From an uncultured Sphingomonas sp. (GTDB taxonomy: Bacteria; Pseudomonadota; Alphaproteobacteria; Sphingomonadales; Sphingomonadaceae): a stretch of DNA of 64,000 bases. Shown one piece after another: positions 1 to 7,701 of the stretch. A program made the position numbers and the translations under genes. Below the pieces are notes generated by a model. The model saw nothing but the letters and a program-made list of their open reading frames with translations. It was not told the DNA's origin and searched no databases. Each line of letters starts with the position of its first letter. Position 1 is the first letter of the stretch. The stretch lies in assembly GCF_913777325.1 (NCBI RefSeq), contig NZ_CAJYSA010000064.1; one strand, given 5' to 3'.

Positions 1-2544
1 CTCACCGATCTCAAATTGTGCCGGTGCCATCATGGTCATCGTCTGAAGCACCGGCTGACCGATGTAGGCGTTTGAGCCCTTCGCAGTCTTATGGGTGGTG
101 GTGTTGCTGACGCCCTTGGCGCGATTGGAGATCGCGAGCAGCGGGCGGGTGTTCGTCGCCGCGAAAGTGGCTTGTTCGTCAGCCACTACCTTGGCGAGCT
201 TGTCCCCGGTCAGACGATCATGGATCGTGGTTCTGACAGAATCCTTCGGTAGGAGTGGGGTGTCGAGTTCGATCACCTCCCATGGGTCACCGATGAACCG
301 GGCTAGATGCGTGGGGACGGCTTCGGTGGTCAGGACGATTGTGGTGCGTGCGGTCTTGAACCAATCGGCTTTCTTGATCGACCAACCAGCGCCGCCGGTG
401 GCTGCGTAGATGTCATCCTCGCGAGGGTCACCATATTCGCCGGAGTAGGCGGTGGTGAGATCGTGGTCCCAGTGGTTGATGGCCACAAGCTTACACGCAT
501 CCTCATAGGAGATCGGCGCTTTTGCCGTTCGTGACAGGGCGTTGTAGCTGTTCCATCGATCAAGCAGCGATGCAGTTGATGATGTCCACACAGAGCCGTC
601 AGCGCGTAACTGATCGATCCAAGCGCGGGTCGTGGCTGGCACCATCGCGATCAGGTCGGTGGTCGCCACCTCATCGTGGATCAGGATACCGAGGTGAGTG
701 TCTTCCCGGCAGCGATTGAACGTGTTCGCCTGATTGTGTGACCAGAAAGCGGCGGAGAATAGGCGGCGGGTATAGGTGTTCTTATGCCAGTCGTGCGCAA
801 CGTCGTGGACCGTGAAGATGACCGGGGTAGCGCCGGTGACGGTTAGCAGGTGTCGCTTATGTCGAAAGTAGCGGTGAATTTCCGCCATCACGGTTGGCTG
901 ATCGTTCTGGATCGCTTCGTAGAGTGAATTGTAGCCCTTCTGGACGGCATCGCCGATAGTGAGTGGCGTGACCGTCAACGCGGCGCAAGCCTCTCTGTAG
1001 ACGGCTGAAAACGATTTTAGCACGATGGCCTTGATCGGGGTGCGCGAGTGCTGGTTCTTGAGTGTCAGCCGGTATTCGGCGCACTTCTCACGCGCCAGAT
1101 CGTAGGTCGCGAACGCATACATCGTCGCGGCGGGAAGACCGAAGTCGGATAGTTCGTTGATCGCCGCAGCGGTGGCGTTGAACAGACTGCGGCTCTTGCT
1201 GATACCTTCGGGAGCAGTGATCCAGAAATTGCCAGCACGTCCGATGCGATCCCGCAGGATGTCGCCGATGGCGGTGATCGCGGTCGCATGGTCGGTGGCC
1301 TTGTCGGCAAACGCTTGCTCATCGCTGGTGCGCGTCCGGTCGGTGACCATCAGCGTGTCATAGTCTGCGGTCCATTCTTCGATCATCTCTGCAAGGGTTC
1401 GGGGCAGGGACCGGTCATTGTCAGCAAGGTCAGCGTCCGTGCCAACGAGGAAGACTTTGCTGTAGTCCTGCTTGATCAGGCTGTCCGGTGTCAGGTCGGT
1501 CGGCGAGTTGCTGAAATACGCGGCAATCTGCCCCTGATTTTCGCCATAGTGGGAAAATTGCGGGTAGCTGCCATCCGGATAGTAGAGCTTGATCGAACGC
1601 GTGAGGTGCTTGAGCAGCGGTGAGTCCGACAGGATCGAACCCGGTGAGGCGAGGTTGACCTTGCGACGCTTTGCCAGCGGGACAACCGCAATCATGAAAT
1701 CAGGCGGGTCGAAGATTGATTGGCTGGCGCAACCCTTCGCAGACCGGTCATAGATGGCTTCCCATAGGACGCACTGCGGGATCAACGCGCCCTTCGGCAC
1801 ACCGAACAGGTGATCGTCCTTGTCATTGACGCGCAAGCCCAATGGGATGCGGCGGAAACTGTCAGGGAAGCGGATCGAAGCGTCAGGCTTGATCGCCGGG
1901 GGGATGTTCAGGATCGCCGATTGCTGGATGATCGGAAGAAGGCGCTGCCACGCTTGGATCAGGCCATTGCGAGGTGAGGTGAACGGAGCGTGCGCCGAGA
2001 TATCAGCGGTGGCGAACACGAAATGTAAGTGGAGGCTCTTGCCACCGCTGTAGGTGACGTTCAGGCCGCGACAGTCAGCGAAGCGCGCACGCACATCGGC
2101 GAGGAAGCGCCCAATCGGGGCGTCGCTGGGCTTCTTCACGCAGCGGAGCCACTCTAGCTGGTGCTGGAAGAACGCGATGTCGGTGCTGTCGAATTCGAAC
2201 GTCAGGATGGCGTGTTGACCGAGGATCACGCGTTCGCTCGGGCGGCGGTAAAGCGGATCGTCTTCGGCGACGTTCATCAGTGGATTTGTGAAAAACTGGA
2301 AGACGCTGAAGTCGTCGTCGTTGGTTTTCAGAGAAAGTTCGTGCGAGTAACGTCCACCACGCGATCTCTGCTTATCTTCGCTCAAGCTCACATAGCTGTC
2401 GCTGTTGTAGAGCATCGGGCGGATGATATCGGTGATGAGCGCGCAGGATGTTGCGTTCGCTGACTTAAGCTGGTTGACTTCGCGCTGCGTTAGCTTCGAG
2501 GCGTAGGTGTCGAAAACGCGGAATGATTCTGTGTATTGTGTCAT
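1..2544 (-). CDS. Replication protein, 3' end cut by the window edge. An N-terminal primase-polymerase (AEP-like) domain is fused to a P-loop NTPase/helicase-like domain.
   Basis: This gene is absent from the supplied ORF track because it has no stop inside the window. Hand translation of the minus strand from the ATG at 2544..2542 (MTQYTESFRVFDTYASKL...) stays open for 848 codons to position 1. An AAGGA lies just upstream. FEFDSTD, SGGKSLHLHFVF and RRIPLGLRVND resemble Prim-Pol motifs I-III. APEGISKS is a deviant Walker A and LGILIHDEV is a Walker B. Confidence 0.6.
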   Translation of the reverse strand, partial: MTQYTESFRVFDTYASKLTQREVNQLKSANATSCALITDIIRPMLYNSDSYVSLSEDKQRSRGGRYSHELSLKTNDDDFSVFQFFTNPLMNVAEDDPLYRRPSERVILGQHAILTFEFDSTDIAFFQHQLEWLRCVKKPSDAPIGRFLADVRARFADCRGLNVTYSGGKSLHLHFVFATADISAHAPFTSPRNGLIQAWQRLLPIIQQSAILNIPPAIKPDASIRFPDSFRRIPLGLRVNDKDDHLFGVPKGALIPQCVLWEAIYDRSAKGCASQSIFDPPDFMIAVVPLAKRRKVNLASPGSILSDSPLLKHLTRSIKLYYPDGSYPQFSHYGENQGQIAAYFSNSPTDLTPDSLIKQDYSKVFLVGTDADLADNDRSLPRTLAEMIEEWTADYDTLMVTDRTRTSDEQAFADKATDHATAITAIGDILRDRIGRAGNFWITAPEGISKSRSLFNATAAAINELSDFGLPAATMYAFATYDLAREKCAEYRLTLKNQHSRTPIKAIVLKSFSAVYREACAALTVTPLTIGDAVQKGYNSLYEAIQNDQPTVMAEIHRYFRHKRHLLTVTGATPVIFTVHDVAHDWHKNTYTRRLFSAAFWSHNQANTFNRCREDTHLGILIHDEVATTDLIAMVPATTRAWIDQLRADGSVWTSSTASLLDRWNSYNALSRTAKAPISYEDACKLVAINHWDHDLTTAYSGEYGDPREDDIYAATGGAGWSIKKADWFKTARTTIVLTTEAVPTHLARFIGDPWEVIELDTPLLPKDSVRTTIHDRLTGDKLAKVVADEQATFAATNTRPLLAISNRAKGVSNTTTHKTAKGSNAYIGQPVLQTMTMMAPAQFEIGE

Positions 2545-2658
2545 GGGTCCTTATGTATGGTCCTTGGGGTGATCGTGGCGGGATGATAGAAGGACCAAAT
2601 ATCACCTCGGCTCATGACTTCCGAAGCTTCCCGCCACTGATATCTATTTATACGCTAC

Positions 2659-2855
2659 CCCGCGCTCCGCGCGCAATATTCACGTGCTGGAGAGGCGTAG
2701 GTTTTCCCCCAATAAGCGTAGGTCCTTATATTAATATTAGGAACTACATCTATCGGGGGAAAAGAACTTTACATATGTCTGATGTCTCTACCTCTATCTA
2801 TACCCACGTTGATCGGTAGATAGCGCGAGCCGCAGGCGAGCGCGGTTGGCGCAAA
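2659..2855. repeat. Direct repeat copy A (~200 bp), a structured element upstream of the rep gene
   Basis: The first ~105 nt are near-identical to 3770..3972, and the last ~75 nt are about 85-90 percent identical by eye. It contains GCGTAGGT twice, 21 bp apart (2695, 2716). An outer 9 bp stem pairs TTTTCCCCC (2702-2710) with GGGGGAAAA (2755-2763). An inner 26 nt AT-rich near-palindrome at 2720-2745 has the perfect core ATATTAATAT. Confidence 0.85.
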
Positions 2856-2929
2856 AATCAGTAATGCGCTTTACTGCCATTTGATTACTGGTTTAAACAG
2901 GGGGTTATTGTCGATCCCGAGGGCTTCGC

Positions 2930-3748
2930 GTGATAATTTACAAATATGTAGATGCGTGGACTTTGTTTGCTGTCATTGAGAGTGGGCGGCTGATGTTCAG
3001 CCATCCGGCGGATTTCAACGACCCCTTTGACCGACCACGTGTGCCGCGATCACAATACAAATTCACATATCAAAGTCTCTTAAACGACGAGACGATGACG
3101 CCGGAGAGGCAAGCCCAAGATGCTGATGAAGCGTGGGGGAGGTGTGCGGTCACGAGCTTCACACGCACGCCCGACAATGCGCTTATGTGGGCGCATTATG
3201 CTGACAAGCATCAGGGGGCGGTAATAGAGATCGACGCTGATGAATCAGGTTTGACGGATAGAAGCTTTCTTATACCTGCGCAATTTGGATCGGTCATCTA
3301 CATGAAGCGACCAGTTCCGGACGGACCAAAAGTCAAAGGCTTGTCTGCAATGTTGAGCAAGGCGATCACCAGCGGAGACGGACGCTTTGACATCGATAAC
3401 TATGCTGGTCTTCAGCGACTATTTTTGATGAAGGGCTTGTCGTGGGGGTATGAGGAAGAGGTTCGAGTCGTAAGCCAAGCGTTTCGATACAGTTGGCTTG
3501 ATAATGGCGAGGATATGGGCGGATATTGGAAAAGGATATCCAAGGCTGACGGTAAGCAGGGGTATGGATGGCGCTTCAAGCTGTCCGCTATTAAAAAAGT
3601 ATTCATCGGTCTTCGCTTTGGAGAGATCGGTAGGCTTCAAGCTCTGTCCGAAAACATTGGCTTTGGGATCATGTGTCCAGACACGACGCAGCGTAACGAC
3701 TATGAAGTTCATTTTAAGGAATATTCTTCATCAGAAATATCGCGCTGA
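2930..3748 (+). CDS. DUF2971-family protein (function unknown), an accessory gene
   Basis: This is a 272 aa ORF with a GTG start and GAGGG upstream. The N-terminus IYKYVDAWTLFAVIESGRLMFSHPADFNDPFD, then MWAHYADKHQGAVIEI and a later WGYEEEVRVV, match the DUF2971 pattern as I recall it. Confidence 0.7.
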   Translation: MIIYKYVDAWTLFAVIESGRLMFSHPADFNDPFDRPRVPRSQYKFTYQSLLNDETMTPERQAQDADEAWGRCAVTSFTRTPDNALMWAHYADKHQGAVIEIDADESGLTDRSFLIPAQFGSVIYMKRPVPDGPKVKGLSAMLSKAITSGDGRFDIDNYAGLQRLFLMKGLSWGYEEEVRVVSQAFRYSWLDNGEDMGGYWKRISKADGKQGYGWRFKLSAIKKVFIGLRFGEIGRLQALSENIGFGIMCPDTTQRNDYEVHFKEYSSSEISR

Positions 3749-3769
3749 CATGTTCAGTTGTCTGTGCCA

Positions 3770-3972
3770 CCCGCGCTCCGCGCGTCAATATTCACGTGCT
3801 GGAGAGGCGTAGGTTTTCTCCCAATAAGCGTAGGTCCTTATATTAATATTAGGAACTACATCTATCGGGGGAAACTTCGACTAGTTGTTGTAAGTCTGAT
3901 GTCTCTACCCCTATCCATCCCTACGTTGATCGGTCTATAGCGCGAGCCGCAGGCGAGCGCGGTCGGCGCAAA
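3770..3972. repeat. Direct repeat copy B of the 2659..2855 element
   Basis: The architecture matches copy A. The outer stem pairs TTTTCTCCC (3814-3822) with GGGGGAAA (3867-3874). The single C-to-T change is compatible with a G-U pair in a plus-strand RNA. The inner palindrome is at 3832-3857. Confidence 0.85.
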
Positions 3973-4112
3973 CGGGTCTAAATGACGGCTAGCGCAGGCC
4001 GTGAGGCGCAAAAACTTACAATCGGAGTTAGGCCACTCGAATGTATGTTAACACCGGGTTCACGGCGAGATAAGGACGAGTGGCGCACCTCCGTGCGCGC
4101 ACGGGGGTATCC

Positions 4113-4661
4113 ATGAAAAAGATTTTGCTTGCGCTGACATCGGTCGGCGCACTCGCATCGACGGCTGCGCCAGCATCGGCGGCGTTGATAGAAAAGAATT
4201 TCGTCGTGACCGGTCGAGATGCGTCTGGCCCTTTCTCCACCCTAAATTTCAACTTCAACATCGTTTTTGATAACTCCGGGGATATCGCCACGACCAAGAA
4301 CGGCTTGACCGTTTTCGAGACCCTTCCGGGTTACTCGTTGAGCTATGCTTACGAGGCAAGCTCTGACCTTCTTTCGGTTGGCACGTTCGTCGGAGTGAAC
4401 TCGATCACTCTGGACTCGACCAAGAATGATCTCGGCTTCTTTCTGAAGGCGGCATCTACCTCCGACACGTCAGTATTGGGTGGCATCGACTACACGGCGT
4501 CAACTCCTCCAAATTTCTTTAGTGCGAGGTCCGTGACCGTCGTCAGCACAGACTTGACCGCAGCAGTGCCCGAGCCCGGCACGTGGGCGCTGATGATTCT
4601 CGGCTTCGGTGCTGTCGGATACTCGATGCGTCGTAAGAAGGCTGTTGTGCGCTTCGCCTGA
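4113..4661 (+). CDS. PEP-CTERM-anchored secreted protein (exosortase substrate type)
   Basis: The ATG at 4113 follows GGGGG. The signal peptide is MKKILLALTSVGALASTAAPASA. The C-terminus VPEPGTWALMILGFGAVGYSMRRKK has the PEP motif, a hydrophobic helix and a basic tail. Confidence 0.75.
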   Translation: MKKILLALTSVGALASTAAPASAALIEKNFVVTGRDASGPFSTLNFNFNIVFDNSGDIATTKNGLTVFETLPGYSLSYAYEASSDLLSVGTFVGVNSITLDSTKNDLGFFLKAASTSDTSVLGGIDYTASTPPNFFSARSVTVVSTDLTAAVPEPGTWALMILGFGAVGYSMRRKKAVVRFA

Positions 4662-4686
4662 CATCATCGACCAACGTCGTTGTGAG

Positions 4687-4716
4687 AAGGCCGTGGGGGC
4701 AACCCTGCGGCCTTTT
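4687..4716 (+). terminator. Rho-independent terminator after the PEP-CTERM gene
   Basis: The stem pairs AAGGCCG (4687-4693) with CGGCCTT (4708-4714), around a G/C-rich loop, and runs into TTTT. Confidence 0.6.
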
Positions 4717-5143
4717 CGCTGTCTATCGGGTTCGATCCCTACATCACTGAAAATGCCGTCACACAAATCCGGTCTTGGCACCCCTGACGACCGATCCTGA
4801 CAAGCGGCCACTTCCACCAATCGTGGCGTCTGACAATCGATCCGCGTAGATTGTCAGTATGGAGCGATATCGAGACCTCGTGTGCCGCGATCTGGTCGCG
4901 CAAGCCCTTGTCCGAAAGGGTCACACCAACCGTGCGCTGATCGCGCTCTGGATTTTGCGGCCACGTTCTAGGTCTGGTTCGTTCGCCAAGCTCGTAGCTG
5001 TCACCGCACCGGCGCTGATTGCCCTTCACCGTGCGGGTCTGATCTAGCGCGCGCTATCGGGCGGAAAATACCCCCAAGAACCCCGTAAAACAATTCATAC
5101 AGAGCGTTTCCAGTAAAAGCTAAACGCTGATACGTCCGGGCGC

Positions 5144-5159
5144 TAAAACAATTGTTTTA
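5144..5159. promoter_or_regulatory. Perfect 16 bp palindrome TAAAACAATTGTTTTA, operator-like, about 50 bp upstream of the gene at 5210
   Basis: The sequence is exactly self-complementary. A related half-site, GTAAAACAATTC, is at 5085-5096. Confidence 0.5.
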
Positions 5160-5209
5160 CGCCTTCTCTGGCCGACCATCACCGCGAAGGTGACCGGCTA
5201 AATAACTTC

Positions 5210-7316
5210 ATGTTTGACAAGACCTTCAAAAGCCTTACTCGTGTCCGTGGTGAGGGCATTATCTTTAGTGTTCGCCCTGATCCTTCCATCGATCTGACCG
5301 GACGTGTTTACAACTTCACGATCTGGACAGCGATTGGAAAAGTCACCACCAACGTTGAATCGAAGGATGGTGAACTATCCAAGGACGAATCTGGTAACCC
5401 GGTCTTCCTGTGGAATTTCAAGGGTGAGCTTACCGAGCGTCTTTACCTGATCGAAGCGACGATCAACTGGTCACTCAATGATCGTCTTAACGACAAGATC
5501 GAATACATCCGTGGCGGGACGATCACTATCATTCCGGGACCATCTACCCTGACGATGGACAACGATGCTGGCGCTGAAGCTCGCTACATCGACCGCATTA
5601 CGATTAAGGAAAATCCCGAAGATCAGGACAATCCTGCCAACTACACGGTTGTCACCCTTCCTTGCACCGCCACCCCGGCTCCGGTCCCGGCTCCCGTCAA
5701 CAGCGTCGCCCCGGCGATCAGCGGCACCGCGCAGGTTGGCTCGGTCCTGACGGTCAGTAACGGATCATGGTCAGGTTCACCGACATCGTTCGCATATGTG
5801 TGGAATGTCGGCGGGACGACCGTCAGCGGCGCTACCAGCGCGGCTTACACCCCGGTCAGCGGCGACGTTGGAAAGACCGTCACCGCGACCGTCACAGCCG
5901 TCAACGCGGGCGGGTCCACAAGCGCTACGTCAGCGGCCACGTCAGCGGTTTCCCCGATGATCATAGCGGCTCCCTCGGCTTTCGCTTGGGATTTCACGAA
6001 CCACCCTCTGACGGTAAACAAGCAATCGAATAGCAAGTTCAGCGCGTCGCTCGATCCGAAGTCCAAGGTCAACGCCTCGATCTGGTCGTCAACAGTCGAG
6101 TATTGGGTCGTTGCTGGAAAGGATAATTCCGGCAATGGTCTTAGCGAGGCGACCGCTGTTGGTTCAATCGCCGCTGCGATTAAGAAGCTCAATGACAACA
6201 CGAGTGCTACAGCCGGTAGAATCCGCATCAAAAGCGGTGAGTATGGAATTTTCCACAGGCGTCAACGACGCCGGAAATTCGCTTGGCGGTGGGCTTGTCT
6301 ATCCCACGAAGCCAATCGCCTTCATCGGTTACGGGTCAACCAAGCCAATCACGGGACCGTGGCGGAAGGGTCTGGCGTTCACGCTGACCGGAAACGGGGG
6401 GGGCGTCTACACCGTAGCTCGCTCCAACGTCGGTCGTGTGCTCGACTACAGCACCACCGATGCGAATGGCGATTTCATTGAAATCCCGGCGCGTGTCGAT
6501 GAAGCTGCCGTTCGCGCCGCGACCAGTGGTTGGTTTGTCGATACGAGTGGCAATCTTCTAGTAAAGCGCGCCGATGGTGTTCAGCCAACGGATGCCAACA
6601 CCCGCGTTTACCTGAACGCCGCTGCGTTCGGTATCGGATCGAATAATGTCGATGTCTATGCCGAAAACATCGAAATCCATGGTGGTGATTCTGGTGTCAA
6701 CGCTCGCGTCGGTAATACGCGCAACGTTGTCTTGGTGGACATGGTATCGAAGTATGCCGGTTCGCAGCGCGCTGTCACTGCTGGGACGGCACGACCATCA
6801 CTCGGTGGAAATGCCTTCTCGTTTGCTGGTTTTGCTACCGGTTCATTCATTGGATTGTGGCGGTGCGTTGGTGCTCGTTCTGCACAAGACGCAATTTCAA
6901 GCACAAGTAATTCCGGCTCGCCCTTTTATGTGCTGACGGTTGATTGCGTCGGTCGAGATTGCGGCATGGATGGTCAGACATCTTGTAACGGCCTGACGCA
7001 GCACGTGAATGTCATCGGGATTGACCTGAATGGTGAATATCACCGGAACGCGGGTGGCAATCTTCGCAACATCGATTCCACGCAGATTTGGGCGCTAGGA
7101 ACCTACGCGCATGATGATCGTGGTGATGTGATCTTCGGTGGTCCGCTGAACCCTTGCGATTTTAACCTCGGTGGAACTGCCAAGGCGTGGTTCCAAGATG
7201 TTCGCGCAGCAAACTCGCAAATCTCTCTCGCCACGGATTCGAGCACGTCGGCGTATCTTCGCAATGCATCCTTGCCAAACACGAAAATACTGAATGGCGC
7301 GGTTGTGTCCTATTGA
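5210..7316 (+). pseudogene. Tail-spike/depolymerase-like gene interrupted by a +1 frameshift. It has an N-terminal anchor-like domain, an Ig-like repeat, and a predicted beta-helix (pectate-lyase-like) C-terminal part.
   Basis: The frame of 5210 reads sensibly up to ...ATAGRIRIKSGEYGI (~6250) and then becomes Arg-rich nonsense. The frame of 6111 reads as nonsense before ~6243 and then sensibly (FSTGVNDAGNSLGGGLVYPTK...NIEIHGGDSGVNARVGN...) to 7316. The switch occurs at the T4 tract 6249-6252, and one extra T would restore a single ~700 aa ORF. Confidence 0.6.
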
Positions 7317-7324
7317 GGAGCATC

Positions 7325-7693
7325 ATGCCCGACAAACCGCCCGTATTCGGGCGAACGAAGCCCGTCCAGCGCATAGGCGGGTCTTCTACGCTCCCTGACA
7401 GGTCAGCGGCCTATAAACGGCTGTGTGGGGCTCTAATCGCCTCTGATCCGCTATGCCGGTATTGCTTCAATCAGCGTCGTCTCACCCCGGCTACGCTGTG
7501 CGATCACCGGATAGCGCTCGCGCTCGGTGGCACCAACGATCCTGACAATCTGGTGCCAGCCTGCCGCCAATGTAACTCCGACAAGGCCACCGCAGAACAG
7601 CGCTTCTTGCGCCGGGGATACAGCATCCGGGACATAATGTTGGATCACGATCTTTCATCGTGGATCAAGCTCGCGGAGAAGCGCGCCGAATAA
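7325..7693 (+). CDS. HNH endonuclease (phage packaging-associated type)
   Basis: The ATG at 7325 follows GAGGAG. CRYCFNQRRLTPATLCDHRIALALGGTNDPDNLVPACRQCNSDK contains the Cys pairs and the H-N-N/H core. Confidence 0.8.
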   Translation: MPDKPPVFGRTKPVQRIGGSSTLPDRSAAYKRLCGALIASDPLCRYCFNQRRLTPATLCDHRIALALGGTNDPDNLVPACRQCNSDKATAEQRFLRRGYSIRDIMLDHDLSSWIKLAEKRAE

Positions 7694-7701
7694 ATACGGC
7701 T

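Noticed and set aside
95-2463. Eleven short track ORFs on both strands (for example 95..409, 1288..1623, 2161..2463)
   Set aside because: All lie inside the 848-codon minus-strand replication ORF (1..2544) and are shadow ORFs.
2523-2819. 98 aa ORF, and the 60 aa ORF at 3758..3940, sharing the peptide FTCWRGVGF.PISVGPYINIRNYIYRGK
   Set aside because: The shared peptide simply reflects the DNA repeat. Both ORFs start and end at unrelated points, cross palindromes, and lack ribosome-binding signals. I treat them as non-coding repeat sequence.
4728-4745. GGGTTCGATCCCT, which looks like a tRNA T-loop, as does GACGGTTGGAATCCGTC at 12516-12532
   Set aside because: No acceptor, D or anticodon arms can be built around either. 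The second has TTG instead of the near-invariant TTC in the loop. They are not tRNA genes and are at most tRNA-like fragments or structures.
5565-7374. Overlapping track ORFs inside the tail-spike-like gene (5565..5750, 5767..6033, 5845..6231-, 6646..6936, 6656..6904-, 7162..7374-)
   Set aside because: They are out of frame or antisense to a much longer ORF with recognisable domains. Their composition is Arg/Pro-rich and nonsense-like.
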